A DNA stretch of 64,000 nucleotides from Deltaproteobacteria bacterium (GTDB lineage: Bacteria; Desulfobacterota_D; UBA1144; Nemesobacterales; CSP1-2): NCBI GenBank assembly GCA_052390235.1, contig JBQTHB010000006.1, positions 256,001-320,000 of the forward strand. The letters run 5' to 3'. The translations under genes and the position numbers were made by a program. Each line of letters begins with the position of its first letter. Positions within the stretch are counted from its first letter, which is position 1. Under the pieces are notes generated by a model. That model ran no database searches. It had not been told where the DNA came from and saw nothing but the letters and a program-made list of their open reading frames with translations. Positions 9,808 to 19,170 of the stretch are shown piece after piece.

Positions 9808-10398
9808 ATGGCAATAAAAATTAAGGTCATAGAATCGCCGAAGCTGAATTTTATGGAGAGGCTCTACATCCCCGAAATTGTGCGCGGGCTAAAAACCACA
9901 ATTATGCACCTGTTAAACTACAAGCCCATTACCGTGCAGTACCCGGAAGAGGTCAAAGAACTCCCCCCGCGCTACAGAGGGCTACATATCCTCCCGGCGG
10001 ATTCAAACGGCGAGATACGATGCGTCGCCTGCAAGCTCTGCGAGGTAGCCTGCCCCACTCAGGCAATATCCATCGTAGCCGAGGCAGCGGACGACTACGG
10101 CATTGAGCGCAGACCCAAGATTTACAACATTGATTTCATGCGATGCGTTTTTTGCGGATTCTGCGTCGAAGCCTGCCCCTGCGATGCCCTTAGAATGGGC
10201 ATGAAATACGAGCTTGCCTCATATAACCGGGCGGGACTCGTTCACACCAAAGAGGTCTTTTTCGACCCCAATGTAAAGAGCCGCGCCCCTAGGGACAATG
10301 CAAATTTCCTTTACGAGAGCGAAAAAGGGGACATTTTGGACGAACCCGCCGAGGTAGAAAAGGTCAAGCGCCTCACGGGAACTTACACGCCTCAGTAA
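9808..10398 (+). CDS. nuoI: NADH-quinone oxidoreductase subunit I (stand-alone)
   Basis: TVQYPEE, RYRGLH, CVACKLCEVACP and CVFCGFCVEACP 4Fe-4S motifs. Confidence 0.9.
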   Translation: MAIKIKVIESPKLNFMERLYIPEIVRGLKTTIMHLLNYKPITVQYPEEVKELPPRYRGLHILPADSNGEIRCVACKLCEVACPTQAISIVAEAADDYGIERRPKIYNIDFMRCVFCGFCVEACPCDALRMGMKYELASYNRAGLVHTKEVFFDPNVKSRAPRDNANFLYESEKGDILDEPAEVEKVKRLTGTYTPQ

Positions 10399-10439
10399 TC
10401 AGCCTGCCCTGCCCCCCCCACACGAGACTCTATCCCCCG

Positions 10440-11228
10440 ATGCCGAAAATAGACCTAAGCGGAGTCAATTTTAACTACTCCCTCGACGGAAGAGGGGATG
10501 AGGCCATCGTCTTCATAAACGGACTCACGATGACCCTCGAAGGGTGGTATCTCCAAGCGGCGGCGCTCGCTCCAAGGTATCAAATCCTCAGATACGACTG
10601 CCGGGGGCAGGGGCTATCGGACTCCATCCCTCCAGAGTATTCCCAACAGATGCACGCCGAAGACCTCAGCGCGCTCATGGACAAGCTCCAAATCGGCAAA
10701 GCCCACATTGCGGGGATTTCAAACGGCGGGATGATAGCCCAGCACTTTGCCCTCGCCTACCCGGAAAAAGTCCGCTCGCTCATTCTCACCGACACCTGTA
10801 GCCACGTTGAGACGCTTTTGGAGCTAATGCTCAAGGCATGGATACGGGCTACCGAGGTCGGCGGAAGCGCGCTCAGGTACGATGTGGCCCTTCCGACCCT
10901 CTTCGCCGAGGGGTTCGTGAAGCGGAATTTGCAGAGTATCCTCAATATGAGAGAGTTGAATATAAAAATCAACTCCCCGCAAAACGTCATCAGCTTAGCC
11001 AAAGCGTCCATGAGGCACAACTTGTCGGATAGGGTTTCGCAAATCCGGGCGCGTACGCTTATTATCGTAGGCGAAGAGGACATACTCATCCCGCCCAGAT
11101 ATTCCCAAATTCTCCACGAGAAGATAAAAAACTCCGAGCTTCTAGTGATAAGAGACTGCGGACACGTCCCCCCGCTCGAAAAGCCGGAAGAATTCAACCG
11201 CGCCCTACTGGGCTTCCTCGCCGGATGA
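10440..11228 (+). CDS. Alpha/beta hydrolase (3-oxoadipate enol-lactonase-like)
   Basis: DCRGQGLS, GISNGG nucleophile elbow, GEED, CGH. Confidence 0.85.
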   Translation: MPKIDLSGVNFNYSLDGRGDEAIVFINGLTMTLEGWYLQAAALAPRYQILRYDCRGQGLSDSIPPEYSQQMHAEDLSALMDKLQIGKAHIAGISNGGMIAQHFALAYPEKVRSLILTDTCSHVETLLELMLKAWIRATEVGGSALRYDVALPTLFAEGFVKRNLQSILNMRELNIKINSPQNVISLAKASMRHNLSDRVSQIRARTLIIVGEEDILIPPRYSQILHEKIKNSELLVIRDCGHVPPLEKPEEFNRALLGFLAG

Positions 11229-11437
11229 CGATTCACAAAACCGGCTCCTGAGAAGAGCCTACAGCGACAGAGCGCGGAGTCGAATGAGTGGGGAGCGAGA
11301 CGGGGCTATATTGCCCTTGTAAACCGCTTGCCCCCCAAATTCCTACACATCGCAATTTACCGCTGGAAAAGATTGCCGTTATCTGCTATATCAATCATAC
11401 ATTTATAATCTCACAATACATGGAGGTATCCCCAATT

Positions 11438-12484
11438 ATGAAAGCCGCAACCTATCACGGCGTAAGAGACATCAGGGTTGACACCGTACCAGACCCGAAG
11501 ATTGAACAGTCAGGCGACCTGATTTTGAGGATTACAAAGAGCGCCATCTGCGGGTCTGATTTACATTTCTACAGGGGCAGAGTGCCGATGGATGAAGGAT
11601 TTGTCGTAGGACACGAGTTCATGGGCGTGGTCGAAGAAGTGGGAGCGGGGGTTCAATCATTTAAAAAGGGGGACAAGGTCGTCGCTCCATTTTGGGCAAG
11701 TTGCGGCTCATGCACAAATTGCCGGAACAAAGTGCCTACTTCCTGCACGGGCGGGGGCGGATGCTTCGGTTTTGGATACGCCTTTGGAGGGTTTGGCGGC
11801 GGACAGGCTGAGTATGTGAGAGTCCCCTTTGCCGATGGAACGCTTGAAAAAGTGCCGGGAAGCATCGAGGACGACAAAATTCTATTCCTCGGCGATATTC
11901 TGTCAACAGCGTATTTCTGCGCCGAGTGGGCGAACATAAAGCCCGGTCAGAGTGTAGTCGTGTTCGGCGATGGGCCCCTAGGACTGCTCGGCACGGCGTG
12001 CGCCAAATTATTCGGCCCTTCGCAGATAATAACCGTCGGGCGGCATGACTTCAGGCTCGGCATTGCAAAGGACATGGGCGCGGACATCGTCATCAACTCC
12101 CGCAAGGAGAATCACATCGAGCGCATCAAAGAGGCAACGCACGGCGAGGGAGTGGATGCAGTTTTGGAGTGCATAGGCTCGGAAGAGGCGCTCCTTGACG
12201 CTTTCAAGGTGGTAAGAGTGGCTGGGACGATTTCTTTTATTGGACTGTTCGTACAGCCCGTAGCGATACCGATGCTCGATTTCTATCTCAAAGATTTGAC
12301 TCTTCGAGGCGGCGTGTGTCCGGCGAAGAACTATATTCAGAAGCTGCTGCCGCTCGTCGAAAAGGGGAAAATAGACCCCACAGCGGTCATCACACACGAT
12401 TTATCCCTAGCAGACACGCCAAAGGGGTATCACCTCATGGATTCCAAGGCTGAGGACGCCATTAAAGTTGTAATCACGCTGTAA
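11438..12484 (+). CDS. Zn-dependent alcohol dehydrogenase (formaldehyde dehydrogenase-like MDR)
   Basis: ICGSDLH, GHEFMG, CGSCTNC...C; GGAGG RBS nearby upstream. Confidence 0.9.
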   Translation: MKAATYHGVRDIRVDTVPDPKIEQSGDLILRITKSAICGSDLHFYRGRVPMDEGFVVGHEFMGVVEEVGAGVQSFKKGDKVVAPFWASCGSCTNCRNKVPTSCTGGGGCFGFGYAFGGFGGGQAEYVRVPFADGTLEKVPGSIEDDKILFLGDILSTAYFCAEWANIKPGQSVVVFGDGPLGLLGTACAKLFGPSQIITVGRHDFRLGIAKDMGADIVINSRKENHIERIKEATHGEGVDAVLECIGSEEALLDAFKVVRVAGTISFIGLFVQPVAIPMLDFYLKDLTLRGGVCPAKNYIQKLLPLVEKGKIDPTAVITHDLSLADTPKGYHLMDSKAEDAIKVVITL

Positions 12485-12574
12485 TTTTTATCGGCAGAGC
12501 GCGGCGAGGGGGCGGGGGAGTGGGAGAGACATCTGTTCACTCCCCTCTCCCGAGAATTTTCGAGAGCGGGTAAT

Positions 12575-13282
12575 TTAGAAATTATCGAGGGATATTGCCG
12601 CCCCTCTTTGGATGATTTCATAGGGAAGGTCGGATCTTTCGGGAACGGACATGAATGATTTTCTCAGATTCTCTTTTTTACTCTCGTCCTGGGGAACTAG
12701 GACTAGGAGTTTTCCTGGGTACTCAAGGTCGTTTCTCGTGTAGAAAATCTCTTTGAATTTTTCAATCTTAAACTTTATATTGCCGAAGGAAGGGTCAGCG
12801 AGATAGACAAAATTTGCGTCCATACCCCGATAGACCGTAAAGTGCTGGTTCTTGCGTATCTCGACGTAGAGAATTGCCGGTACTTTAAGCTCCTTGAGCG
12901 ACTCTAACGGAAGCGCAAGCCCGAAGGCTTTATAGCCTCTGGTCTCGGCATATTCTTTTAAATCCTGAAAAGAGAGGGCAAAATCCTCTTTTTGGACTTC
13001 TTTTTTCTTCTCGAGCCCACGCTCTTCAAGCAAGTATTTGACGATTTCTATCTCGCCGACTTTCTCATCGAAAAAAAAGTTCATCAGAGTCGCCAGAGAC
13101 GCCGAGCCGCATGAGTAATCATACCTCTGGCGTATCAGATTCTCGTCCCTGTGCTCGAGCCAGCTCTTAACGGATTTTTTTATGACCACGTCGTTTTTAG
13201 CCACACCTATCCCTTCGGCAAAAGCGGACTGAGCCGAAGCAACGAGGACAGATAAAATAACAATTGAGGAGAATGTTTTCAT
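12575..13282 (-). CDS. Periplasmic C39 family peptidase (FapD-like)
   Basis: Signal peptide; RQRYDYSCGSASLATL (Cys), QHFTVY (His), LADPSFGN (Asp). Confidence 0.9.
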   Translation of the reverse strand: MKTFSSIVILSVLVASAQSAFAEGIGVAKNDVVIKKSVKSWLEHRDENLIRQRYDYSCGSASLATLMNFFFDEKVGEIEIVKYLLEERGLEKKKEVQKEDFALSFQDLKEYAETRGYKAFGLALPLESLKELKVPAILYVEIRKNQHFTVYRGMDANFVYLADPSFGNIKFKIEKFKEIFYTRNDLEYPGKLLVLVPQDESKKENLRKSFMSVPERSDLPYEIIQRGAAISLDNF

Positions 13283-13285
13283 TGT

Positions 13286-14503
13286 CTAAAACCTGTAAGT
13301 TGCCCTTATGCCCAGTATGGCTTGATTGAAGCTCGCCTCGTTTCTGTATTCAGCGTCAACGGAGAGAATTAGATTATCCCGTATCCCGTAGGAAACCCCG
13401 AAGAGCGGCGAAATGCTCGTGCGCGTAAGGGCGACTCTATCGCCGTTGATTTTGTCCCTGCCCTGAATCGAGAATCTCACCCCGCCCGTGAGGGTTATGT
13501 AGGGATTAACGACGAACAGTACCTGAGGGGAGAAGGAGAAAACCTCGCCGGGGTCAATGCTTATGCCCCGATGCTCTCTTTTCAAGCTCTGCCGGTAGCT
13601 CGCCTGAGCGAAGAAAATTACGGGGTCAACCGTGTAGAAAGACGTTAACGAGGCGGAGAAAGTGCGGAAATAATCGAGCTGATAGTCGTCGTTAGTGAAT
13701 TCTGTATTGTCCAGCACATTGGTTGAGGCGGAGACCAAAAGCGCGGGATAATTGTCTTCGCGGCGGACTTGATATGTGGCTCCCAAGCCGGCGAAGTTAA
13801 AATTGAAATCCGAATCGCTGTCTCTTTGCCCATTTAAAAATGCGCGCTGAAAGCTAGTAAGCACAGAGCCGAAGCCGAAGAGTTCGAGTTTTCTCGTAAC
13901 GCCGTAGCGGACGTTAAGCGTATAGGAGATGAAATCCTGATCCACCTCTTGGTCTCCCAAGAAAACGGGAATTATTATGGACTGCCCGCCGGCTGTGTTT
14001 ATCGAGACCAGCCCGGTTGACCCGGATGAGCGGCTCGTGTGAGAGTACGTGGCGCTGAGGTCAAGCGTGATTTTCTTCTGCTCGGTGAGCAGTTCTTCGA
14101 TTTTCACGGGCTTTCTTTCGGTCTCGGACTCAGACCTCTCAATTTTAGGCGCGTCTGCAGGAGGAGGGGGAGCGGACTGAGCAAAGAGCTTGGCATCCAC
14201 TGCCGCCTCGGACTTCTTAGCGGCGGGGCTTCTCCTCACGACCGAAGCTAACACCGGAGGGGTTGATGCCGCCGCTTCTTCGCCTTTTGTATAGTGTTTA
14301 GCGACAAGCCCGCCCCAGCTATTTTCACTCTTGGATAGGGCGATGGGATGATTTTTTTGATTGTCCGCCGCCCATAGAGAATTCACCGCCGAGAGCAACA
14401 GTAAGATTGAAAGAGAGATAGCGGCAATGTGTCGAGACGGCGATGAACTTGAGCTGATTTGATTATCCTGGAGGGTTAGGAACGGCGCAAGAGTATTTTT
14501 CAT
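13286..14503 (-). CDS. Outer-membrane beta-barrel transporter (FapF / MetA-pathway-like)
   Basis: Signal peptide, RYGVT, DPVIFF, IDPGEVFSFS, terminal YRF; adjacent to the C39 peptidase. Confidence 0.75.
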   Translation of the reverse strand: MKNTLAPFLTLQDNQISSSSSPSRHIAAISLSILLLLSAVNSLWAADNQKNHPIALSKSENSWGGLVAKHYTKGEEAAASTPPVLASVVRRSPAAKKSEAAVDAKLFAQSAPPPPADAPKIERSESETERKPVKIEELLTEQKKITLDLSATYSHTSRSSGSTGLVSINTAGGQSIIIPVFLGDQEVDQDFISYTLNVRYGVTRKLELFGFGSVLTSFQRAFLNGQRDSDSDFNFNFAGLGATYQVRREDNYPALLVSASTNVLDNTEFTNDDYQLDYFRTFSASLTSFYTVDPVIFFAQASYRQSLKREHRGISIDPGEVFSFSPQVLFVVNPYITLTGGVRFSIQGRDKINGDRVALTRTSISPLFGVSYGIRDNLILSVDAEYRNEASFNQAILGIRATYRF

Positions 14504-14583
14504 GGCTCTATTATATCATAATCAAATTTAAGAGTGAATTGGGAAAATTGGAAAAAGTTATTAAAGAAATGGGACAAAAATAT

Positions 14584-14616
14584 AAAAGAGACCCTGCATT
14601 AGGCAGGGTCTCTTTT
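14584..14616. terminator. Strong bidirectional hairpin terminator after the precursor gene
   Basis: AAAAGAGACCCTGC-attag-GCAGGGTCTCTTTT. Confidence 0.85.
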
Positions 14617-14640
14617 ATTTAATAATAATATATTAAAGCC

Positions 14641-15015
14641 TTATAGGGCTATGCCTAATCCGGCGATGCCGAGAACGTTTACCGCTAGGCTACCATTGAC
14701 GGCAACAACCTGATTGACGATGCCAAGAACGGACGCCACAACCGCGTCGAGGTTAACCGGAGGGAGAAGTCCAAGCACCGGCGCAAGAATCGGGGTGAGG
14801 CCAAGGGCGCCAAGGATGTTTAGAACCTGACCCACTACGGCATTTAGAGAGATCAACTGTCCCTGAGTGGCCTGCATCTCTATGTCGGTCATTGTTGACG
14901 CGGCAACCTGATCCTGACCAAACAAGAAGCTGGAGTCAGCCGACCCTAAATCGCTCGCCATAGCCACTGACGATAGGGCCACAGCCATCACTAAAGCTAG
15001 AAATACTTTACGCAT
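14641..15015 (-). CDS. Secreted hydrophobic precursor peptide (putative C39 substrate)
   Basis: ATG 15015 after AGGAGGTG; Sec signal ending AMA; MTDIEMQATQG leader-like motif; V/L/G/N-rich core. Confidence 0.8.
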   Translation of the reverse strand: MRKVFLALVMAVALSSVAMASDLGSADSSFLFGQDQVAASTMTDIEMQATQGQLISLNAVVGQVLNILGALGLTPILAPVLGLLPPVNLDAVVASVLGIVNQVVAVNGSLAVNVLGIAGLGIAL

Positions 15016-15349
15016 AACTAACACCTCCTGTAGTAATATTTTAGTAGTTATTTATATATCAATTCAAATTAGATGTCAATACCCATTTATCTATTAATTT
15101 GTTATCTCTGATTCTCATTACTGTTTTTCTTTATTTTTATTACGGGCGAGTTTACGCAAAAAACCGATGAGCCGCAATAGGAATAAACGGAAGAATATCC
15201 CAAAAGAATGTATTAGAATATAAGGCGCGCAGCCGAGCACAAGGTGGAAAATCAGGCCGTGGGCAGTGTATCGGCGGTTTAAAAATTCATCATCCCGATA
15301 TATAATCTTGAAATTCAACAAACACTATCGCACACAGAGAGGTATTTCC

Positions 15350-16180
15350 ATGTTAATCAAACATCGGAGAGCATGGGCAACAAGAGCAATACTCATCGCG
15401 CTGACGCTCGTCATAAACTCGACGGCTTCGGCGGCTATTGCCGAGGATTACGACTCGCTCATCAGAAAAGGGGACAAATACTACGAATTATTTGATAACC
15501 GCAGGGCTTTGACCGAATATGAAAAGGCGTACACAATCGCTCCCGAAAGTTTTGACGCCCTAATGAAGCTCGCCCGCGCTTACAATGACTTGGGGGAGGA
15601 TTTAAAGGGGGTGAAATTCAGCCCTGAGAAATCTAAGTCGCCAAACGCGGCTAAGATTGAGCAGTACTGGCAGAAAGCCGCCGAGTATGCCGAATTATTG
15701 AAGAAAAAATTCCCGGACAGGGCCGAGACTTACTTTTTGCTTGCTACCACCTACGGGCATCTCGCCATTTTCAAGGACGGCAAAGAGAAAGTTAGGTTCG
15801 CCGGCGATGTCGAGAAAAACTGCAAAAAAGCCATTGAACTCGACCCCGATTTTATTCCCGCCTACGTTGCCCTAGCCGTCTATTACAGGGAAGTGGCAGG
15901 GCTTAACTGGGTGCTGAAGGCATTTGCTAAAACCCTGTACGGGGGAAGGCTCAAAGGCACGATACAGGATTCGGAAAGGCTTCTGCTCGAGGCGATGAAA
16001 ATCAATCCCGATATTATTCACATCCACTACGAGCTTGCTAAGACCTACGTCGTAATGAAGCGGGAAGACAAAGTGGCGGAGCATCTGCGAGAAACGCTCG
16101 GCTTGCCGCTCTACGACCACCAGGACAGGGAAATAAAACAAGTAGCCGAGAGGGAGCTGAAAAAACTCGCCAAGAAGTAA
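15350..16180 (+). CDS. Secreted TPR-repeat protein
   Basis: GAGAGG RBS, signal peptide, helical TPR-like repeats (AIELDPDF, AMKINPD). Confidence 0.75.
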   Translation: MLIKHRRAWATRAILIALTLVINSTASAAIAEDYDSLIRKGDKYYELFDNRRALTEYEKAYTIAPESFDALMKLARAYNDLGEDLKGVKFSPEKSKSPNAAKIEQYWQKAAEYAELLKKKFPDRAETYFLLATTYGHLAIFKDGKEKVRFAGDVEKNCKKAIELDPDFIPAYVALAVYYREVAGLNWVLKAFAKTLYGGRLKGTIQDSERLLLEAMKINPDIIHIHYELAKTYVVMKREDKVAEHLRETLGLPLYDHQDREIKQVAERELKKLAKK

Positions 16181-16205
16181 ATCCGGTGCTCTTACCTACA
16201 TAAAA

Positions 16206-17915
16206 ATGCAGACGCCCCACAAATACGAAAACCTAATTCTTCAGGAAAAAGCTCTAATTCACTCGCTCATCGCCGAGATTAAGACACTCAATTGGGCGAG
16301 AACAGAGGATAAATTAAGAGCCATCGCCCAGAATCTCGACAACCCCTTTTCCATCGTGTTCATCGGCGAATTCAGCACAGGGAAATCCTCGGTAATCAAC
16401 GCCCTCGTGGGAGAGCGAATCCTCCCGGAGGGAATCACGCCGACGACGGATAAAATCACAGTTCTGAGGTACGGCGATACAAGAGGCGAGAGGGCGGAGG
16501 CAGACGGTAGCCTGCACATATCAATCCCCAAAGAGAGTTTGAGGGGGATTTTAATCGTTGACACTCCGGGAACAAACGTAACCCTTGAGCAGCACGAGCG
16601 CATAACCGAGGAATTCATACCTAGGGCGGACATCGTGTTCTTCGTCATTGGCGCGGAGAGAGCCGTTACTGAGAGCGAAGCCCGGCTTATCGCCTTCATC
16701 AAGGACGACTGGAAAAAAAGCGTAGTTTTTGTAATCAACAAAATTGACACCGTCGAGAACGAAGAGGAATTCCAGAGGCTTCTGGGACACACGGGCGGCG
16801 AAATTGAGCGCATATTCAGGATAAAACCCGCTCTCATCCCCCTATCGGCAAAGCTCGCCATGCGCGCGAAGACCGAGGGAAACGCAGAACTCATGGCGGC
16901 AAGCGGGATGCCTGCGCTTCGGGAGTACATATTTAAAACCCTCGGCGAGGAAGAGCGGATTAAAATCAAGATAAGAGACTCATCAGCCCTTGCGCAGAGC
17001 CTCCTTGGGGAAATGGAAGAGATGCTCACCGCAAGCCTCGGCAAGATTTCAAGCGACACCTTGCACATCGGGCAGTTCGAGACGAGTCTCGACGGGATGA
17101 AGGCGGAGATTTTGCAAAACTCCACTCAGTTCACCGAGAAAATCCGAAGCAGGCTCTTGGAATTCAAAACTAAGGGGATTGAATTTATTGACAACCTCAT
17201 AAGGGTCGAGAACGTTCTGAGCCTGTTTAGAAAGGAGCGAATTGCAAAAGAATTCGAGAGCCAAGTTTCGCTCCAAACCATGAAGGAGCTAGAGAGAGAC
17301 CTCGACGCCATGGTTGTTTGGGCTGAGAGGGCATCAAAAAACTTTATGGACGGCTCGATTGATTTCTACCGCAAGTCCCTGCTGTCGGATTCAATCCAAG
17401 AGGGTGGCACGGGTTTTGCCTCCGCGAGAATTCAGCTACTGGACACCGTAAGGTCGGAGCTTGAGGCGAGGCGCAGGCAGATTGACCCCGCTATACTTGG
17501 GAGCAATTTGGTGGATTCGGCAAGAGGGGCAGTGGCATCGGTGCTTGGGGTGCAGATAGGCTCGCTTGCGGTAGGGTCGGCGGTGATTTCGGCGTTTTCC
17601 TCGCTGATAGTGGACATCACGGGGATACTCGCCACTCTGGCTATTATGGCGACAGCCTTTGCCATCATCCCTCGAAAGAGGCGAGAGGCGATGAGGGATT
17701 TTGGAGGGAAGGTTGACGGGCTAATTTCGGAGCTTACCGGAAGCGTTGAGTCGCAATTCGAGCGAGACCTCGAGGGGATTAGAATGCAGATTCAAGACTC
17801 CCTCTCGCCGCTTAGAAATTTCTATAAAATACAGGCAAAAAGACTCGAAGACTCGCAACATAGGGTGCGGGAAATTGAGGGCAGGCTCGGAGACATCCTA
17901 AAAGCCGTATCCTAG
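16206..17915 (+). CDS. Bacterial dynamin-like GTPase
   Basis: GEFSTGKSS (G1), ITPTT (G2), DTPG (G3), NKID (G4), C-terminal hydrophobic hairpin and coiled coil. Confidence 0.85.
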   Translation: MQTPHKYENLILQEKALIHSLIAEIKTLNWARTEDKLRAIAQNLDNPFSIVFIGEFSTGKSSVINALVGERILPEGITPTTDKITVLRYGDTRGERAEADGSLHISIPKESLRGILIVDTPGTNVTLEQHERITEEFIPRADIVFFVIGAERAVTESEARLIAFIKDDWKKSVVFVINKIDTVENEEEFQRLLGHTGGEIERIFRIKPALIPLSAKLAMRAKTEGNAELMAASGMPALREYIFKTLGEEERIKIKIRDSSALAQSLLGEMEEMLTASLGKISSDTLHIGQFETSLDGMKAEILQNSTQFTEKIRSRLLEFKTKGIEFIDNLIRVENVLSLFRKERIAKEFESQVSLQTMKELERDLDAMVVWAERASKNFMDGSIDFYRKSLLSDSIQEGGTGFASARIQLLDTVRSELEARRRQIDPAILGSNLVDSARGAVASVLGVQIGSLAVGSAVISAFSSLIVDITGILATLAIMATAFAIIPRKRREAMRDFGGKVDGLISELTGSVESQFERDLEGIRMQIQDSLSPLRNFYKIQAKRLEDSQHRVREIEGRLGDILKAVS

Positions 17916-18017
17916 CCAACACCCCCAGCCTCGCTCCTGCGTCACGAATAGGACTTGGCATATCCGCCGATTCCCTTTATATTATCCCGCAAAAATCAAC
18001 AATTGGAGATTAACCAC

Positions 18018-18632
18018 GTGTCACCGTTCCCTCATCAGTTTTACCGCTGGCGTCCGCATCCTTGGCACGGGCTTGAAGTAGGCCCGAATCCGCCCGCCGT
18101 CGTCCACGCTTATATCGAAATCACGCCGTTTGATTTGGTGAAATACGAGGTTGACAAGCTAACCGGATATCTGCGCGTTGACCGCCCTCAGAAAACGTCT
18201 TCCCAAACCCCCGCGCTCTACGGATTTATCCCTCGCACCTACTGCGGAGATAGGGTGAGCCAACTGTCGTCCAATACCAGCCGAGGCGATGGAGACCCGC
18301 TCGACATCTGCGTTATCAGCGAAAGACCGATAAACCGCTCCGAGGTTATCTTAAACGCCAGAGTCGTCGGAGGGCTTCAGGGCGTGGACAGCGACGAGGC
18401 GGACGATAAAATCATCGCCGTTCTCGAAAAAGACCACGTTTGGGGGAAGGTCGAAGATATAGATGAGTTGCCGGGGATTTTAGTCGAGCGGCTAACGCAC
18501 TACTTCAGCACCTATAAGCTCAATCCCGGAACGCCGTCCCAGATGATCATCGAGAGGGTCTATAACCGTGAACATGCCATAAAGGTCATCAACGCCGCCA
18601 TCGAGGACTATAACCACGAGTACGGGGTTTAA
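18018..18632 (+). CDS. ppa: Inorganic pyrophosphatase (family I)
   Basis: [33 protein letters not shown]. Confidence 0.92.
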   Translation: MSPFPHQFYRWRPHPWHGLEVGPNPPAVVHAYIEITPFDLVKYEVDKLTGYLRVDRPQKTSSQTPALYGFIPRTYCGDRVSQLSSNTSRGDGDPLDICVISERPINRSEVILNARVVGGLQGVDSDEADDKIIAVLEKDHVWGKVEDIDELPGILVERLTHYFSTYKLNPGTPSQMIIERVYNREHAIKVINAAIEDYNHEYGV

Positions 18633-18650
18633 TTAACACTCCGAGAGATG

Positions 18651-18700
18651 AAAAAAGGCGGGAGAGTTCCAGACTCTAATTCGAGTTTCCCGCCCTTTTT
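18651..18700. terminator. Bidirectional terminator between ppa and the lipoprotein gene
   Basis: AAAAAAGGCGGGA...TCCCGCCCTTTTT. Confidence 0.75.
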
Positions 18701-18721
18701 CGCTGCCGAGATATAAAACCC

Positions 18722-19084
18722 CTATCTGATAGCGGTTATTTTATTGTTCGCGTCGTACTCCACAACTATCCTTCGGCAGTCGCCGGAGGCATCGCTTATT
18801 GCCTCGACGGGGGTTCCTACAACCTCCCACAAGCCAACGGTCAGAAAGTCCAGGATACCGTGTCCGATAGCCCTGCCGACCGACCCCTCTTTGCCCCTGC
18901 ACGCGATGAACGTATCGGCGTTGGTTGAAACCGATTCAGGACTGCCGAGATTAGCCCTAACCACTCCCCTGTCCTCTCCCGTTTTGAGGACGGATAAATC
19001 CGTATCCGGCGTGCCGTGAAGAGCCATACCGACGCTGCACGAGCCGAGCATAAAAGCCAATAAAACTGTCAGAATAAGATTCAT
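18722..19084 (-). CDS. Small lipoprotein, BamE/OsmE-like pattern with a Gly-rich hydrophobic insertion
   Basis: GAGGTGA RBS; lipobox LGSC; LKTGEDRGVVRANLGSP and IVVEYDANNKI; RAIGHGILDFLTVGLWEVVGTPVE. Confidence 0.7.
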   Translation of the reverse strand: MNLILTVLLAFMLGSCSVGMALHGTPDTDLSVLKTGEDRGVVRANLGSPESVSTNADTFIACRGKEGSVGRAIGHGILDFLTVGLWEVVGTPVEAISDASGDCRRIVVEYDANNKITAIR

Positions 19085-19149
19085 AATGAAATCACCTCGA
19101 TTGATGTTTCCATTAAATCTAAGGCTGGATGGGAAAATGCGTATAGAAA

Positions 19150-19170
19150 GCAATATTGCCGAAATGTTGC
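19150..19170. promoter_or_regulatory. 21-bp imperfect palindrome, left copy of the inverted repeat flanking the cmr locus
   Basis: GCAATATTGCCGAAATGTTGC is the exact reverse complement of 30076-30096. Confidence 0.7.

Noticed and set aside
16259..17125. Long antisense ORFs (also 29375..29974, 40878..41435, 57915..58460)
   Set aside because: Shadow frames opposite well-supported genes, with no recognisable motifs.
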